A stretch of 64,000 nt of DNA, from assembly GCA_020137815.1 (NCBI GenBank), contig CM035352.1, positions 1,426,001-1,490,000 on the forward strand, given 5' to 3'. This DNA comes from Hormiphora californensis. Taxonomy: Eukaryota > Animalia > Ctenophora. Positions within the stretch are counted from its first letter, which is position 1. Each line of letters begins with the position of its first letter. Both the position numbers and the translations under genes were made by a program. This document shows positions 20,182 to 52,764 of the stretch, piece after piece. The notes under the pieces are model-generated. The model was not told the origin of the DNA, searched no databases, and saw nothing but the letters and a program-made list of their open reading frames with translations.

Positions 20182-23055
20182 TCACTTCCCCAATCGTTCC
20201 TTAACCCACGCTTCAATCCGTGCCTTTAACGCCACATCAGGAATCAACATGTCCTGAGTGAGGTGCTGTCTATTGAAGGGGTCCGTGGTGCTGTTCAGAA
20301 GATGCCTCTGGATAATATCCCGGTCCATGGTCACCCCACTAGGCAGTATAACGGGGTTCCTCATCATCGTGCTCATTAGCGGATCCTTGAATTCATCGGG
20401 AGCATCGTCAAACTCCAAATCCATGGCCTGCTTCTCGTCGTACCTTGCCTTCACCTTCCCAGCAAACTCTTCAAACGCCTCCACTTCATAGGCAGATTTT
20501 ATCACGTTGTTCCGGAGCCGCCCAATGGCCATGGCGAACATGTCAGGAGAGTAGGAGCGTTCATCACCCGCTACTGCTTCGATAAACACCTCACTTTCCA
20601 AGTGAATGTAGATATCTGTTATCTGTTGAACTAGGACTTTCGGTTGGAACCCATACTTTTCCGGTTCTTGGACCTTCAGGTTGGCGCACTTGGGGCCACA
20701 CAGTTGGAGGAGGTTGTAGTTGAGCATGGCAGCAACCCGGTCCACCAACTCGCCCACCAGGAAGGGAGCCTGGGTACTGGTGGTTAGGTAGTGGAACATG
20801 TGGACTGTCTCATTTGCAAGGGTCAGATAACTCCTGCACTGCTTCTCATCCTGGGCAAGTTTCCCCTTTTTCTCCTCTTTCTGGTCGTCTGTTAGGGCAG
20901 CCCAGGATTCTGTGTTGGACATGAGCCGCTGGATATCCCGGATAGACCTGAGGTTGTCGATACTCTCGTCAAGGAGGAAGGTAGTATCGTTTATCAGCAT
21001 GTTGATGAATCTCATATACTTGGGATCACTCAAACACTGTTTCAAGGTGTACTGATGGGTTGTGGTGGTAGAGAACCAGAGAGTTTTAGTGATACTGCTG
21101 ATGTGGTAACGAATAGAAAACTTATCGTAAAACTCGTTACTCGCACCAGTCGACTCGACCTCCGTGTAAAACTCGAGCATGGCAGGAATTAGGAAACGTT
21201 CTGCGGACGAGGTCCCAATGATTTTATCCCAAACAGGATGAACTTGACCCTTGACCTCGGGCCCGGGACTAAAGTTGAAGATCACTTCGATAAGTTTAGC
21301 GACTAGGTAGGGGTTCTTGAAGTGTCCCGGGTGGCAAACACAAATCTGGACCAGTTGGCAGATGTGGTTTAGATCTAGCCGCTGGAGGAAATTAATCTTG
21401 AACCGGTTGAACTGGATAATCGAATCAGCGATGTTATCAATAACATACTCTGGTAATGTGGAGAAGAGCTCATTTTTGGGTAACAGAGATGTTGCAGTCA
21501 TCCATGTGTTCTCTGGATCAAGTACTCGGAGCACCCATCGACATTGCTTGACATAAAAGTCACCAAACTTGGTGAGCAAGACCTGCTCGAAAGTAGTGAC
21601 TTGGGAGATCTTCTCAGCCCGAACCCACTCTTCTAATTTAGCCTCCGCTATTTTCAACTGCATGGCTTGGGATGGGTTTGCGTTGGCTGATGATCGTCTC
21701 TCCTGGATAGCAGATTTCATCTGTTTTATCCTCTGGACCCTGGTGACCTGTTTTCTTAGAATGGGCAGCAGTGACAGATGGACAGTTACAATAGCCATGA
21801 GGAAACACTCGGTGCTAAAATTGGGTTCCTTTCCGCCTGTTCTCTTCAAGTTTTCTGTCTCCTCAGTCGTAGCATTAATCCTCGTTTCCTCGCTCAGATC
21901 CAATCTACAGTGGGATGAGATGAAATAATCCGTGTCGACTTTTTCGAGGTCCACACCCGCGGAAAGGTCTAACATTACAGAAAGGAAGTTAAGCATAAAC
22001 CCATCACCCGCCAGCACATCTTCTTGGGCTTGAATTCCACTTTTCTTAACATTCAGAGCGAGCACTCTGGCGAAATAATCCAGCACTTTTCCTCTGTTTT
22101 CCCGGGGCAAAAGAAGAGATTTGACAACACCGTGAAGACTCTCTCTCATCTCCTGGAGAACACCTGGTAGATCGCTCTTCAAACTCTCCCCTGTGATGTT
22201 CTTATCCATCCTGATCTTCTTGTTTTCCTCGTGGTAGGCAGATGCCCCGAAGAATGGCCCAAGGAAGGAATAATTTTCAATTTGATGTCCATTATTAACC
22301 AGATCGGGCAGCCACACATGAAGGTTGGTGGACAGCAAGGCAATTGGACGGCTTGTGTCCGTTTTGATTGTAAGTAGAGTGGCCAGAGAGAGGTTTCCAT
22401 CCAGGAAGGTAGGGTCAAGAATATCCACCTTTTTAGCTCTACCCATGTGGTCAAGAAGGAGTGCCGAGAAAATTTGATCGAATGTCCCCGTTTGTTGGCT
22501 CGCCAGAGCTAACTGACGAACAAATCCCTCCCGATCGGGAATGGGTACGACGGATGATGCCCGGTAGTTGCGAATGAAAAAGACCGATAGAGGAGAGGGT
22601 TGAACGGGACCAGTTTCCACTGTACTTCCCAGCACACCCGTCATTACCAGGGCAACATATCGCATCAAAAGATTGGTAAACTTCGCTGAAAACTTGTCCC
22701 ACGCCATACCCGACCCCAGATAAGAGTTCTCTCTACTTCGCTCCCAAATGTCAATCAAATATACCATGGCTCCTCTTGCATGGCTCTTACCAGCCAACTT
22801 TCGTCGTAGAATCATATTTGGGTTATCTGTAGCCTTCTGTTGTACACCCATTTCGCCACTATAAAACCGGGTAAGCGTACAGAACAACTCATTTTCAGCA
22901 TGTTCGAGGATATTTGAGCAGGACTTGATTTCGTTTGAGTGTTCGGGGATGTCCAGAACGGCTGCGACAAAACGCTCCTCTTTCAGACGCTGTCCGGGAT
23001 CTTCCATTCTCGTAGAATCGTTCACGGTTCCATTCATCAACTGAAATAGTGGCAT
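20182..23055 (-). CDS. UBE4B: Ubiquitin conjugation factor E4 (UFD2 core + U-box)
   Basis: 957-aa intronless ORF; [48 protein letters not shown]-terminal U-box [31 protein letters not shown]. Confidence 0.95.
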   Translation of the reverse strand: MPLFQLMNGTVNDSTRMEDPGQRLKEERFVAAVLDIPEHSNEIKSCSNILEHAENELFCTLTRFYSGEMGVQQKATDNPNMILRRKLAGKSHARGAMVYLIDIWERSRENSYLGSGMAWDKFSAKFTNLLMRYVALVMTGVLGSTVETGPVQPSPLSVFFIRNYRASSVVPIPDREGFVRQLALASQQTGTFDQIFSALLLDHMGRAKKVDILDPTFLDGNLSLATLLTIKTDTSRPIALLSTNLHVWLPDLVNNGHQIENYSFLGPFFGASAYHEENKKIRMDKNITGESLKSDLPGVLQEMRESLHGVVKSLLLPRENRGKVLDYFARVLALNVKKSGIQAQEDVLAGDGFMLNFLSVMLDLSAGVDLEKVDTDYFISSHCRLDLSEETRINATTEETENLKRTGGKEPNFSTECFLMAIVTVHLSLLPILRKQVTRVQRIKQMKSAIQERRSSANANPSQAMQLKIAEAKLEEWVRAEKISQVTTFEQVLLTKFGDFYVKQCRWVLRVLDPENTWMTATSLLPKNELFSTLPEYVIDNIADSIIQFNRFKINFLQRLDLNHICQLVQICVCHPGHFKNPYLVAKLIEVIFNFSPGPEVKGQVHPVWDKIIGTSSAERFLIPAMLEFYTEVESTGASNEFYDKFSIRYHISSITKTLWFSTTTTHQYTLKQCLSDPKYMRFINMLINDTTFLLDESIDNLRSIRDIQRLMSNTESWAALTDDQKEEKKGKLAQDEKQCRSYLTLANETVHMFHYLTTSTQAPFLVGELVDRVAAMLNYNLLQLCGPKCANLKVQEPEKYGFQPKVLVQQITDIYIHLESEVFIEAVAGDERSYSPDMFAMAIGRLRNNVIKSAYEVEAFEEFAGKVKARYDEKQAMDLEFDDAPDEFKDPLMSTMMRNPVILPSGVTMDRDIIQRHLLNSTTDPFNRQHLTQDMLIPDVALKARIEAWVKERLGK

Positions 23056-23099
23056 ACTTTAAGTTAAGTTAAGCCTATTCAAAGGACATTAATAATTTT

Positions 23100-24460
23100 A
23101 ATTTATTGTACATTTAATTTATTGAGATGGCGCATGTGCCCATCTATTCCAGTTGATTTTATTATTATTATTAACTCTAAAATGTATACATTACATATAC
23201 TGCCCCTTTTTTGTGGGCAAAACGGATAGCCATTAATAAGTCCCATTAGAAGTCTCTTCAGTGCACATGTCACTGATTAGAAGTCAGCCACATTTAATTA
23301 CCCCCCTGCTAACCCAATATCGTCCATTCGGATTGTCTCGCCTCAGTCCTTTCACTGTATCAACGAGAGTTTTCCGTTCTCGCTGTTCCTCCGGTGTTAG
23401 GTCGGGGGAAAGAAACACCGAGGAAAATTTCTCTGAATCCCGGAGCTGCTTTGCTTTCCTGAGAAGCTGCAACAAGGTTTCCCTCCTTTCAAGGGTAACG
23501 ATTACTGGTCTTGGTCGGTTATCAGTCTTTTCGCCGACTCGCTTTGTGGAAGTTATGACTGGTTTTTCATTCAGCTCTGTAAAAATATCTCGAACTTCAT
23601 GCTCAGTGGTTCTTGCAGTAGTTTCTGGTAGCCCAAACAAAACCAAATTCAGCTTTCGATCAGGAGTTGCTTCTTCTGTTGTACTTGTGGGAAGGGGCAC
23701 TGACGCTTTCTTCCATGCTGCTTGGAGGCGGGATGGTGCAATAGCCGCTGAGCAGTTCTGGACAAGTACTTTGGAGTAGCCCTGCAATTGCTTCTGAACA
23801 GACTCCGACACCGAATTGAGTTTCTGACCTTGTACTTCAATCAAACTTTTTTGTGCTTCAATCAGCTTCTCTTGTAACTCAATCCTTGATACCCGATGTT
23901 TATCAACCTCTTCCTTGAATGAGCCAAGCTCTTTTTGTACCTCCATGAGTTTCCGATTACACTCCTCTAGTTCCCGACGTTCTTTCATACGGACAGTTTC
24001 ATCGTTATTTTTCATACATTGTCCAGCTTCCCTCGCTATCAGAAGAATATGACGGCAGAGGTTCTTGGTGAAGGCCATGAACTGATGTCCATTATAATTT
24101 TTTAAAGCGTAGTCTACTGGCAGTGATCGACTGGAATCCAAGAATAACATCCGCAGCTCTTCATCCACCTGATGGTGACTCGGTTTGGTTCCATTCCTGA
24201 TTAACAAAACGTCTCTTACTGCATAACGAAGTAGTTCCATCACCGAGGGATCAACACATTTCAGTGGATCGGCATCTGCATCAGAGGTATTGAGTTTCTC
24301 CGTCATAACTACTAAGTCAGTGGTCAGTACCCAGTGGCCTGAGGCGAAGTCACAACACCTAAGTCACAATAGTCAATAGCAAGGACGTGGCCAGGGGCAC
24401 AGCCACGGTCATGGCGGCAGCTACGGTCAGGGGGGACTTGCGAGCAGGGCCCCAGGAGTT
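23100..24460 (-). mobile_element. LINE ORF1-like element with no ORF2 (boundaries approximate)
   Basis: Contains ORF 23284..24306; downstream on the minus strand a short hairpin (agatgggcacatgcgccatct) and an A-rich tail; no RT/endonuclease between it and UBE4B. Confidence 0.55.
23284..24306 (-). CDS. LINE ORF1p-like protein (coiled coil + RRM + CTD)
   Basis: 340 aa; coiled-coil heptads then RKLNLVLFGLPE, RVG..RPRPVIVTL, LLRKAKQLR, VFLSPDLTPEEQRERK, typical of CR1/L2/L1 ORF1p. Confidence 0.8.
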   Translation of the reverse strand: MTEKLNTSDADADPLKCVDPSVMELLRYAVRDVLLIRNGTKPSHHQVDEELRMLFLDSSRSLPVDYALKNYNGHQFMAFTKNLCRHILLIAREAGQCMKNNDETVRMKERRELEECNRKLMEVQKELGSFKEEVDKHRVSRIELQEKLIEAQKSLIEVQGQKLNSVSESVQKQLQGYSKVLVQNCSAAIAPSRLQAAWKKASVPLPTSTTEEATPDRKLNLVLFGLPETTARTTEHEVRDIFTELNEKPVITSTKRVGEKTDNRPRPVIVTLERRETLLQLLRKAKQLRDSEKFSSVFLSPDLTPEEQRERKTLVDTVKGLRRDNPNGRYWVSRGVIKCG

Positions 24461-25151
24461 AAAGTCCCTGATTTTAATGCGATTTAGCGCTTAATATAAA
24501 TCATAACCCACTTGGGACAGCTCAGAGCGCTTGAAAGTGGAAAAAGACAAAAGTGATTCAGAAAAACTTACTTTTTCGAGACGCGAAAATATTTTTGTGT
24601 GTCAAATTTCATGGTTTACAGGTTCTGCTGAATTTCAAATTAAACGTAACGCGCTAAATATTTGAACTGTAAGATGCTTTTTGTGCGCGTTGTTTAGGAT
24701 TTTAAAATATGAAGCTTTTTTTAAATAAAACTTTCCTCTCCCCAAAAGAAAAAACTTAAAATCCACCGGCCGGCGGCCGGCTTCTCGTAATTTATTATAA
24801 TTTTTATTGTTTTCGTTGCTTCTCGTGATTTCCCCTACCCCGGCGAAGCTAGGGGCAGGGGCCTAAGCCTAACTTTTCTTCAGAAAACCGTTTAGTTACC
24901 ATTTGTCCCAACTTCTCTGCCGAACTTTTTTTAGCGAAATCTGATCTTGTTGTATTTAACGTCCTCGGTCCCGCTTCCGTCGTCCGCCTGCCTGTGGGCT
25001 GTGCCCTGTTCCTACAGTAATGACCACCTATCACGAGATGAAGACAGATACATTTTTCTAAGGTGGAATTGTTGAGTAACCCAAACTGATCACATAACAA
25101 CTCACATAGTGAAAGTACATCAAGACACAACACCGCACACTTTGGGAGGAT

Positions 25152-46331
<21,180 letters not shown>

Positions 46332-47195
46332 GCAGATGAAACTGCTCTACAGATATGAGCAGATGAAACTGCTCAACAGATTGTTTAGAAGATTGTTTCC
46401 ACAACTGCCTCAACTGTGATCGTTACATTGTTTCAAGCCAAAGAGACATTGAGAGATAGTGACTATATGAGAGGTGTGTTTTTGTAATACTGAACTGTAA
46501 ACAACGTGTGATGCGAAAAGATGAAACTGGTAAATTGTGTTGCCGAACGAGATGTGTGTAAATATTGGTGAGCCTGCAGAGTGGTTTTATTTTACCCGCT
46601 ATTTTGCGGGCCTTGTGTAATGTGTATGAGCCAACTGAAAACTTGTGAATTGTGTTGCTGTGGAAATATGGGGTGCTCTTCGGAGCTAAATGTGATTTCG
46701 AGCTTTTGTACCGTGCGGATCTTTCCAATTTTTACCGGTGTATGTGTATTTTAATTAATTTGGCTATTAGCCAGTCTTTTATTATCAACTACCTGAAATT
46801 GTGGTGATTTTGTGTTACCCGCCTTATCTGGTAGACTGCACTGCGTCTTTCGCCGCGCATGTTTTCACTTGAGAGTACGCGCGCACGAAAAGCCGACGCG
46901 ATCCGAGCTGTTTTTATGTGCAGTGGCAAAAAATTAAAATTTTGGTAAATTTTTTGAGTGTGTTTCGTTAGTCTAGAGTCTAGACTGGTGGGGAATGATC
47001 TGTTAAAACTTAAAGATGTATATTCTCTATCATATTACGCTCAGCTTTCCATAATTAGTTTTTGGTTGGGTGGTTTTAGTCGGCCCCCGTCAGCCGTCAA
47101 TGACCCATTCAATTTTGGGTAAACCGCCGTTGGCGATCGGTGCCTTCCCCTAACGATCTATCATGACCCAGAAGGGATGTTAATTTGACAGCGCC

Positions 47196-48952
47196 ATGAC
47201 AGGGGTAGTAGGGGATCCGTTGCTTTCCGCTCAGCTGCAGGATATGTTCCCGGAGATAACTGCTGACATCATCGATGGGGTTAGTGATTAGTTTGTGTGG
47301 CTTACAGTGGTAATGCGACATAATCCGACGTGGGGTTCGACCAGATGAGAGAGACGCGCTAAGCAAATGCTGTCACTCTTCAAATTTTCTCTTTACTTAG
47401 TCTTTACGTCTCTCTCTCACGACGAATGCGCAGTGCGCACGTCGAATTGTGACAATTATGTCGGATGACCACTGTCACATCGCATTTTATTCTATGAAAG
47501 CGAGCACGCTCTGTAAGGGTAGATCAATGATTAGTAAACTAAAACAATGTTAGAATGAGAAGGTTCTGATTGATAATATGATTTTTAAATTCATTCCAGG
47601 TGATCGGCAAGTTTCAGAGCCCCGAACGTGCTACAGAGGAGCTACTAATAATCTCCAACAACATCGACGTTGATCCTGATTATGTAATACCTTCAGAATA
47701 TTCCAACCCACCTCTAACCTCCACAACACCCCCACCCGTCACCCCAGTTAAATCAGAACAGTCAGCCGTTATTGTCAGAACTGAAGAGACTTTACCTCCT
47801 GATGTTTTGGAGTTCAGAAATGAAGCCTTCAGAGAACTCGAGGCTGCGAACACCGCTGCTTCTCTTGACTCTAAAAACTTTTTTGTAGATTCTGTGACAA
47901 ATATAGATCTCAAGATGAGACTAACAGATCGGACTAAACTGTTTTTTGGCATGATGTCAGGGCTAACTGCCGAGGTGAAAAGCATCAGAATGGTAACATC
48001 CCATCATGCGAGTACTAAGTTTTGGAATAAAGCCTCTGCTTTGAACTGTAGACCCAAGGTTGCTGAGTTGTACCGCCCCGTCGCTCTTCTCCCGGAAAAC
48101 GTTAAGGGGATTTCAGAAATCATGCGACATCTCACGAGCACAACACCAGGTGTGGGGATGTACGAGTTGTACAGTTACGCCCCGTCCAACATAAATCCAT
48201 GCACACAAACTTTAGTAGTGTGCAATGTTCTTCTCGGTTCCTCCATTCAAACTGAAGGAGAGGGTGGTGAGGATGACACCCTACCTCTACACGTTTCATA
48301 TTCTTCTCAACTGCTTGTAAAATATCTTGTGGATGTAACAACAAAACGGAGCGTGGCCGCTGCCAGACGAGCTGCACGGTATACAGATGTACCTGAGGTT
48401 CTTTGGGAAAAACTGCCCGGCAGTATTCCTATCCACATGGCGAATCGGAACTTGAGGAATGTTGGTGATCCTTTCAATGAGATACTCATGCATGCGCAGA
48501 GTATCTTTGATGGAGCATGCCTTAAGCGCAGGGCACGCTCTAAACACCATCCCCACCAACAGCAGAGATCCCCTAAAACAATTGAAATTGTAGTATGCCC
48601 CAAGATTTGGGCGGTGTACGAAAGAACGCGTGTGCATTTGGGCAGGACAGGTGAAGTGGAGGAGATATTTGCCTTCCATGCTACAGATAACAGGAATGTG
48701 CCATCTATAATCCAGAACAACCTCGATTGGACCCGAGCTGCAAGTCACGGCCGGGCCTACGGTGATGGATGTTACTTTAGCGAGTTCCCGGAGTTTTCAG
48801 CCAAATACAATCATCATTGTATCATGATCTTCAAACTAATCCTGGTTAATGGGGCCTACACTAAAGTCGCACAGAGCCATGGTGGCTTCTGCGAACAGAT
48901 AGTAATTTCTGACACCACCCTGTTCAAGCCCGTGTATGTATTACATTTTTAG
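47196..48952 (+). CDS. CUE domain + degenerate ART-like domain + PARP-family ADP-ribosyltransferase domain (2 exons: 47196-47279, 47600-48952)
   Basis: Phase-0 GT-AG join gives QLQDMFPEITADIIDG|VIGKFQSPERATEELL (CUE MFP...LL signature); C-terminal FAFHAT..SIIQNNL..HGRAYGDGCYFS..SAKY..EQIVI..FKPVYVLHF is a PARP catalytic fold. Confidence 0.8.
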
Positions 48953-49456
48953 AATCTCCGGGGAGACATTGGTTATTATTTAATTCAGAAAGGTTTTTAA
49001 CAAACAGAATAATGTTCAATTAATTTTCATCTGAAACGTGGCAGGTGCACGCTGGGCTAGAGAGATGCAATTAGTTTTTAAATAGGCTCAATTAGTAAAC
49101 GGTCTTTAATTGATCTTCCTTTTTATCTTCTCGTTACTTTTTTAGGAGAATATATGTAATACATGTAATGCCGGGTAATGCAAGTATAGTATTTTAATGC
49201 AATATTTTTTTATAGCTTTTTATTTCCGTGCTAGATGGTGATTAATTCTGAGATCCGAGTACCCTTTTTCAATCAACTAACTAAATTATTATTCAATTTA
49301 TTACAACAATTTATTACAACAACATCCAAAATTTAATCGTGTTAAATGTTAATCATTCTCCCACTTTCCCTGGCCTAGCCACTTTCCCTGGCCATTAACG
49401 TCCGAAAAAAGGTCTTGTCACCACTAACCCCCTCTTAAATTCTCTAGTTTGAAGCC

Positions 49457-50855
49457 ATGTTACTGTTAGCCGAGTTCTTCTCCCTCTTCTCCTCCTCCCT
49501 GGGGTTCTGGATCACCAACCCCATCACATTCATTCTCCCCACCACTCTATCGACACCCTGGACTGTCCACCTGGCTTTATCCTGGACGTTCCTTGCCAGC
49601 GCCATCTTCTGCTGGATCATGTCACTGTTGACTGGAAATCTCTCACAGGTGGGTGGATGAAGTTAAGTTAAGTTAAGTTAAGTTAAGTTAAGTTAAGTTA
49701 AGTTAAGTTAAGTTAAGTTAAGTTAAGTTAAGTTAAGTTAAGTTAAGTTAAGTTAAGTTAAGTTAAGTTAAGTTAAGTTTAAAGTGATTAGTGAAGTGAT
49801 TATTAGTGAAGTGAAGTGAAGGTCGTTGTATCATAGTGTTTTTACATTCCCCTTCTACCCTACAGATTGATAGACTATGGTCGGTCCTCCCTCCTCTCTA
49901 CTCCCTGCTAATCACCCTGCTCACTGAAGATAAGGGAGGGTTAAACGCCGTGTTGTCAGTGGTAACGGGCATCTGGGGCTTCTCGGTTAACCCTCCAGTT
50001 CATCTGGAAGGGAGGGTACACACTGGAGGGAGAGGATTACAGGTATGTAGCATGTATCTAGCTTGTGTACAATATTTGTATACCGTACATCATATGATTG
50101 TGGATGGGGGGGTAATGATACTGTTTGCGATACTGTTCAAAGGTGCTGAACTGTACGAAGCAGTAGCATTGGCACTCCCCTATTGTGGCTGTTCTCTCTC
50201 GGGACTCGGCTTGATAAATCCCCACTTTGAATTTTAATCCAATGTTTAAATTGAAGTCATGTTTTTCCAGTCTTACCACATATCTCTTTTGTACAGGTGG
50301 GCGTACGTTAAAGACGTTTTTGGAGGAAACAAACTCGCTCTTCACATCTTCAATCTGTTGTTTATTGTCATCTACCAAAGTATCCTTCTTCTCCTCCTGA
50401 TTACACCCCAGCTAGCACTGCTCGGTGAGGACATGACCCTAACAACCCTGGATGCCATCCTAGCTGGTGTGTTCCTACTCCTGGTTACCATGGAAACCCT
50501 GGCAGACCGCCAACAACAGGCATTCCAACACCGGAAACACTCTGGACAAGTTGAGGAGGGTGATCGTGAGGTGGAGGATGGTTTTGTTCAAAGTGGATTG
50601 TGGGCCTACTGCCGGCACCCCAACTTCCTCTGTGAGATATTGATCTGGTGGGTGTTTGCCATGATTCCCCTCTCCCGGGTTGGTTGTGGCTGGAGTGTTG
50701 TGGGGGCTGTGTGCCTGACTGGACTGTTTACCGGTAGTCAGGATCTGACTGAACAAATATCGGCTAGCAAGTACCCTGAGTATAGAAGGTATCAGGAGAG
50801 TGTTCCAGCTTACATCCCTAGTGTTAGGATGATGACCATAAAACGACGAGATTAA
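49457..50855 (+). CDS. DUF1295 / steroid 5-alpha-reductase-like membrane protein, 3 exons (49457-49648, 49866-50042, 50297-50855)
   Basis: TGNLSQ|IDRLWSVLP, RLT..WKGGY..EDYR|W, ETLADRQQQAFQ, GFVQSGLWAYCRHPNFLCE, TEQISASKYPEYRRYQ; one 1-bp frameshift at ~49982. Confidence 0.88.
49660..49778. repeat. (TTAAG)n pentanucleotide microsatellite, ~24 units, intronic
   Basis: Perfect aagtt repeats. Confidence 0.95.
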
Positions 50856-51108
50856 ATGAACAAAATGGGATACACTATTAAATACTGACTAATGTTTTAG
50901 TTGATTTGCCGAACATTCACAGAGCGTGGACAGAGCGTGCTCTTTAGAACCATTATATAAAATGTGAGCTACACAATGTTTTAGTTGTTTTATAATAGTC
51001 TTTTTAGACTTTTTATTGGGATATATTATGGCTGACGACTGTGTTTTATGTTGTTCTTAGTCGTGTTTTATCACTCCCCAACCCCACTCTTCCCATTTAA
51101 AGCTCGGT

Positions 51109-51702
51109 ATGGTGGACCTGGCAGAATACCCTCTGACACTCCTCCTATTCCTGTTAATCATCCTAATGTTACTATACGACCACTTTCTCCGCGACTACCT
51201 CGTTCGACCTTTAACTGACAAACCAGCTTCAGAACCATGTCCCATCTGTTTAGATGAAATCAGTTATCCGGTCCAAACGAACTGTGGTCACCTCTTCTGT
51301 GGGTCCTGTATGTTGGCATGCTGGGACAGTGCCTCATGGCTCCTCAACCCTCTTCCCTGCCCCCTTTGCCGACAGACCGTTACAGTAATCGCTCTCCTAC
51401 CTGAATCGCACAATAATACGGAGTTACTGGCACGAGTTAATCAGTACAACAATCACCACAAAGCACCATCCCAATTAGTGTTGGTTGGCAGGCTGATGGC
51501 ACACACCTTGCAATACCTTCTGGAGTCGTGTTTGTTGGATGCAATAGCAGTATTTTACTACGTAAAGATGTATGTGGTTCTGAGTTGGAGATTCGTGGTG
51601 GAGGGTAGGAAGGTCAACTTGTTTAAAAGGGCACGGCGACGAACCCATGGTGGAAATTTTCATGGTGGACTTATTCACGGTGTTTGGGACCCATTACATT
51701 AG
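51109..51702 (+). CDS. RNF170-like paralogue: N-terminal TM + C3HC4 RING, divergent C-terminus
   Basis: 197-aa ORF; 52-aa RING region identical in protein to the downstream RNF170. Confidence 0.72.
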   Translation: MVDLAEYPLTLLLFLLIILMLLYDHFLRDYLVRPLTDKPASEPCPICLDEISYPVQTNCGHLFCGSCMLACWDSASWLLNPLPCPLCRQTVTVIALLPESHNNTELLARVNQYNNHHKAPSQLVLVGRLMAHTLQYLLESCLLDAIAVFYYVKMYVVLSWRFVVEGRKVNLFKRARRRTHGGNFHGGLIHGVWDPLH

Positions 51703-52008
51703 GTTGTTTTTTGTTATTTAACGAGCTATTTTCTGCGGTTTGGTTGTGTGTGTAATCCAAAAATTAAATCTGCGCTTTTCTGACACTGAAGTTTTTTTTT
51801 TAAATTCTAAATCTTTTAGCCCAATTTCATTTATTGTTCTTGTGTCTCTTTTATCTTGTTATTTTAGTTTCTTGTAAGAAATTAACAGCGTTTCTCTGTT
51901 TCTGACCCCTTTCTTATTACCCTTCTTTTAACAAACACATTCCCTTCTAACACAGGTTTACACCAGATGAGAGACAACAGGTTATAATCCAACACCCAGA
52001 TAAAAATA

Positions 52009-52764
52009 ATGGAGGTTGAAAAATCAAGTTACATTGAAGGGTTCGGTGACGATGCGGTTATTGTTTTCTCCATACTGACCCTCGTTACAGCGCTGACAAT
52101 GGCATTTTATTGTAAAACAAGGAAAGGGACATACGATATTCGGCCTATGGTGGCAGATGCCTCAAGACGCTCTTCAGAACCCTGTCCCATCTGTTTAGAT
52201 GAAATCAGTTATCCGGTCCAAACGAACTGTGGTCACCTCTTCTGTGGGTCGTGTATGTTGGCATGCTGGGACAGTGCCTCCTGGCTTCTCAACCCTCTAC
52301 CCTGCCCTCTTTGTCGACAGACCGTCACCCTGGTGTTCCTCAACTTCACTGAATCCGAATTTTCCTCTGTCTCAGATGATCAGCCGACCTTGATTAGCCG
52401 GATTGAGGAGTACAACAGAAGGTTCTCCGGTGCACCTCGACCTCTCCTTGACTACCTCTACGATATTCCCACCCTCATCTCTCAGATGTGGTCGGATACC
52501 GGGCTGGATTCTCTCATGAGGTTCCGGATCTACGCATACTTCGCCCTGGCCCTTATCTACCTGCTCATGCCGATGGATATCCTGCCCGAGGCGGTGTTTG
52601 GTATCGCGGGTATTGTCGATGATCTTGTGGTGGTGGTGATCATTGCACTTTATATAACAAACACTTATCGGACTTATGTGGCATATCGAAATCTCAGGCC
52701 CCTTGTTAATGGGTTTGCGAGTCATGGCTTGATGGACGATGCGTTAATGTTCGACGGTCATTGA
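52009..52764 (+). CDS. RNF170: ER membrane E3 ubiquitin ligase RNF170
   Basis: IEGFGD TM, CPICL..PVQTNCGHLFCGSC..CPLCRQ, YNRRFSGAPR..DIPTL, YLLMPMDILPEAVFGIAGIVDD (DUF1232). Confidence 0.93.
   Translation: MEVEKSSYIEGFGDDAVIVFSILTLVTALTMAFYCKTRKGTYDIRPMVADASRRSSEPCPICLDEISYPVQTNCGHLFCGSCMLACWDSASWLLNPLPCPLCRQTVTLVFLNFTESEFSSVSDDQPTLISRIEEYNRRFSGAPRPLLDYLYDIPTLISQMWSDTGLDSLMRFRIYAYFALALIYLLMPMDILPEAVFGIAGIVDDLVVVVIIALYITNTYRTYVAYRNLRPLVNGFASHGLMDDALMFDGH

Noticed and set aside
47100-47400. Structured ncRNA (telomerase/SL RNA-like) suggested by ccctaac, an Sm-like aattttgg and tgacagc/gctgtca complementarity
   Set aside because: Better explained as the CUE-coding first exon and its intron; motifs are too short to support an RNA gene.
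49660-49778. Telomere array
   Set aside because: TTAAG, not TTAGGG or TTAGG; short and intronic.
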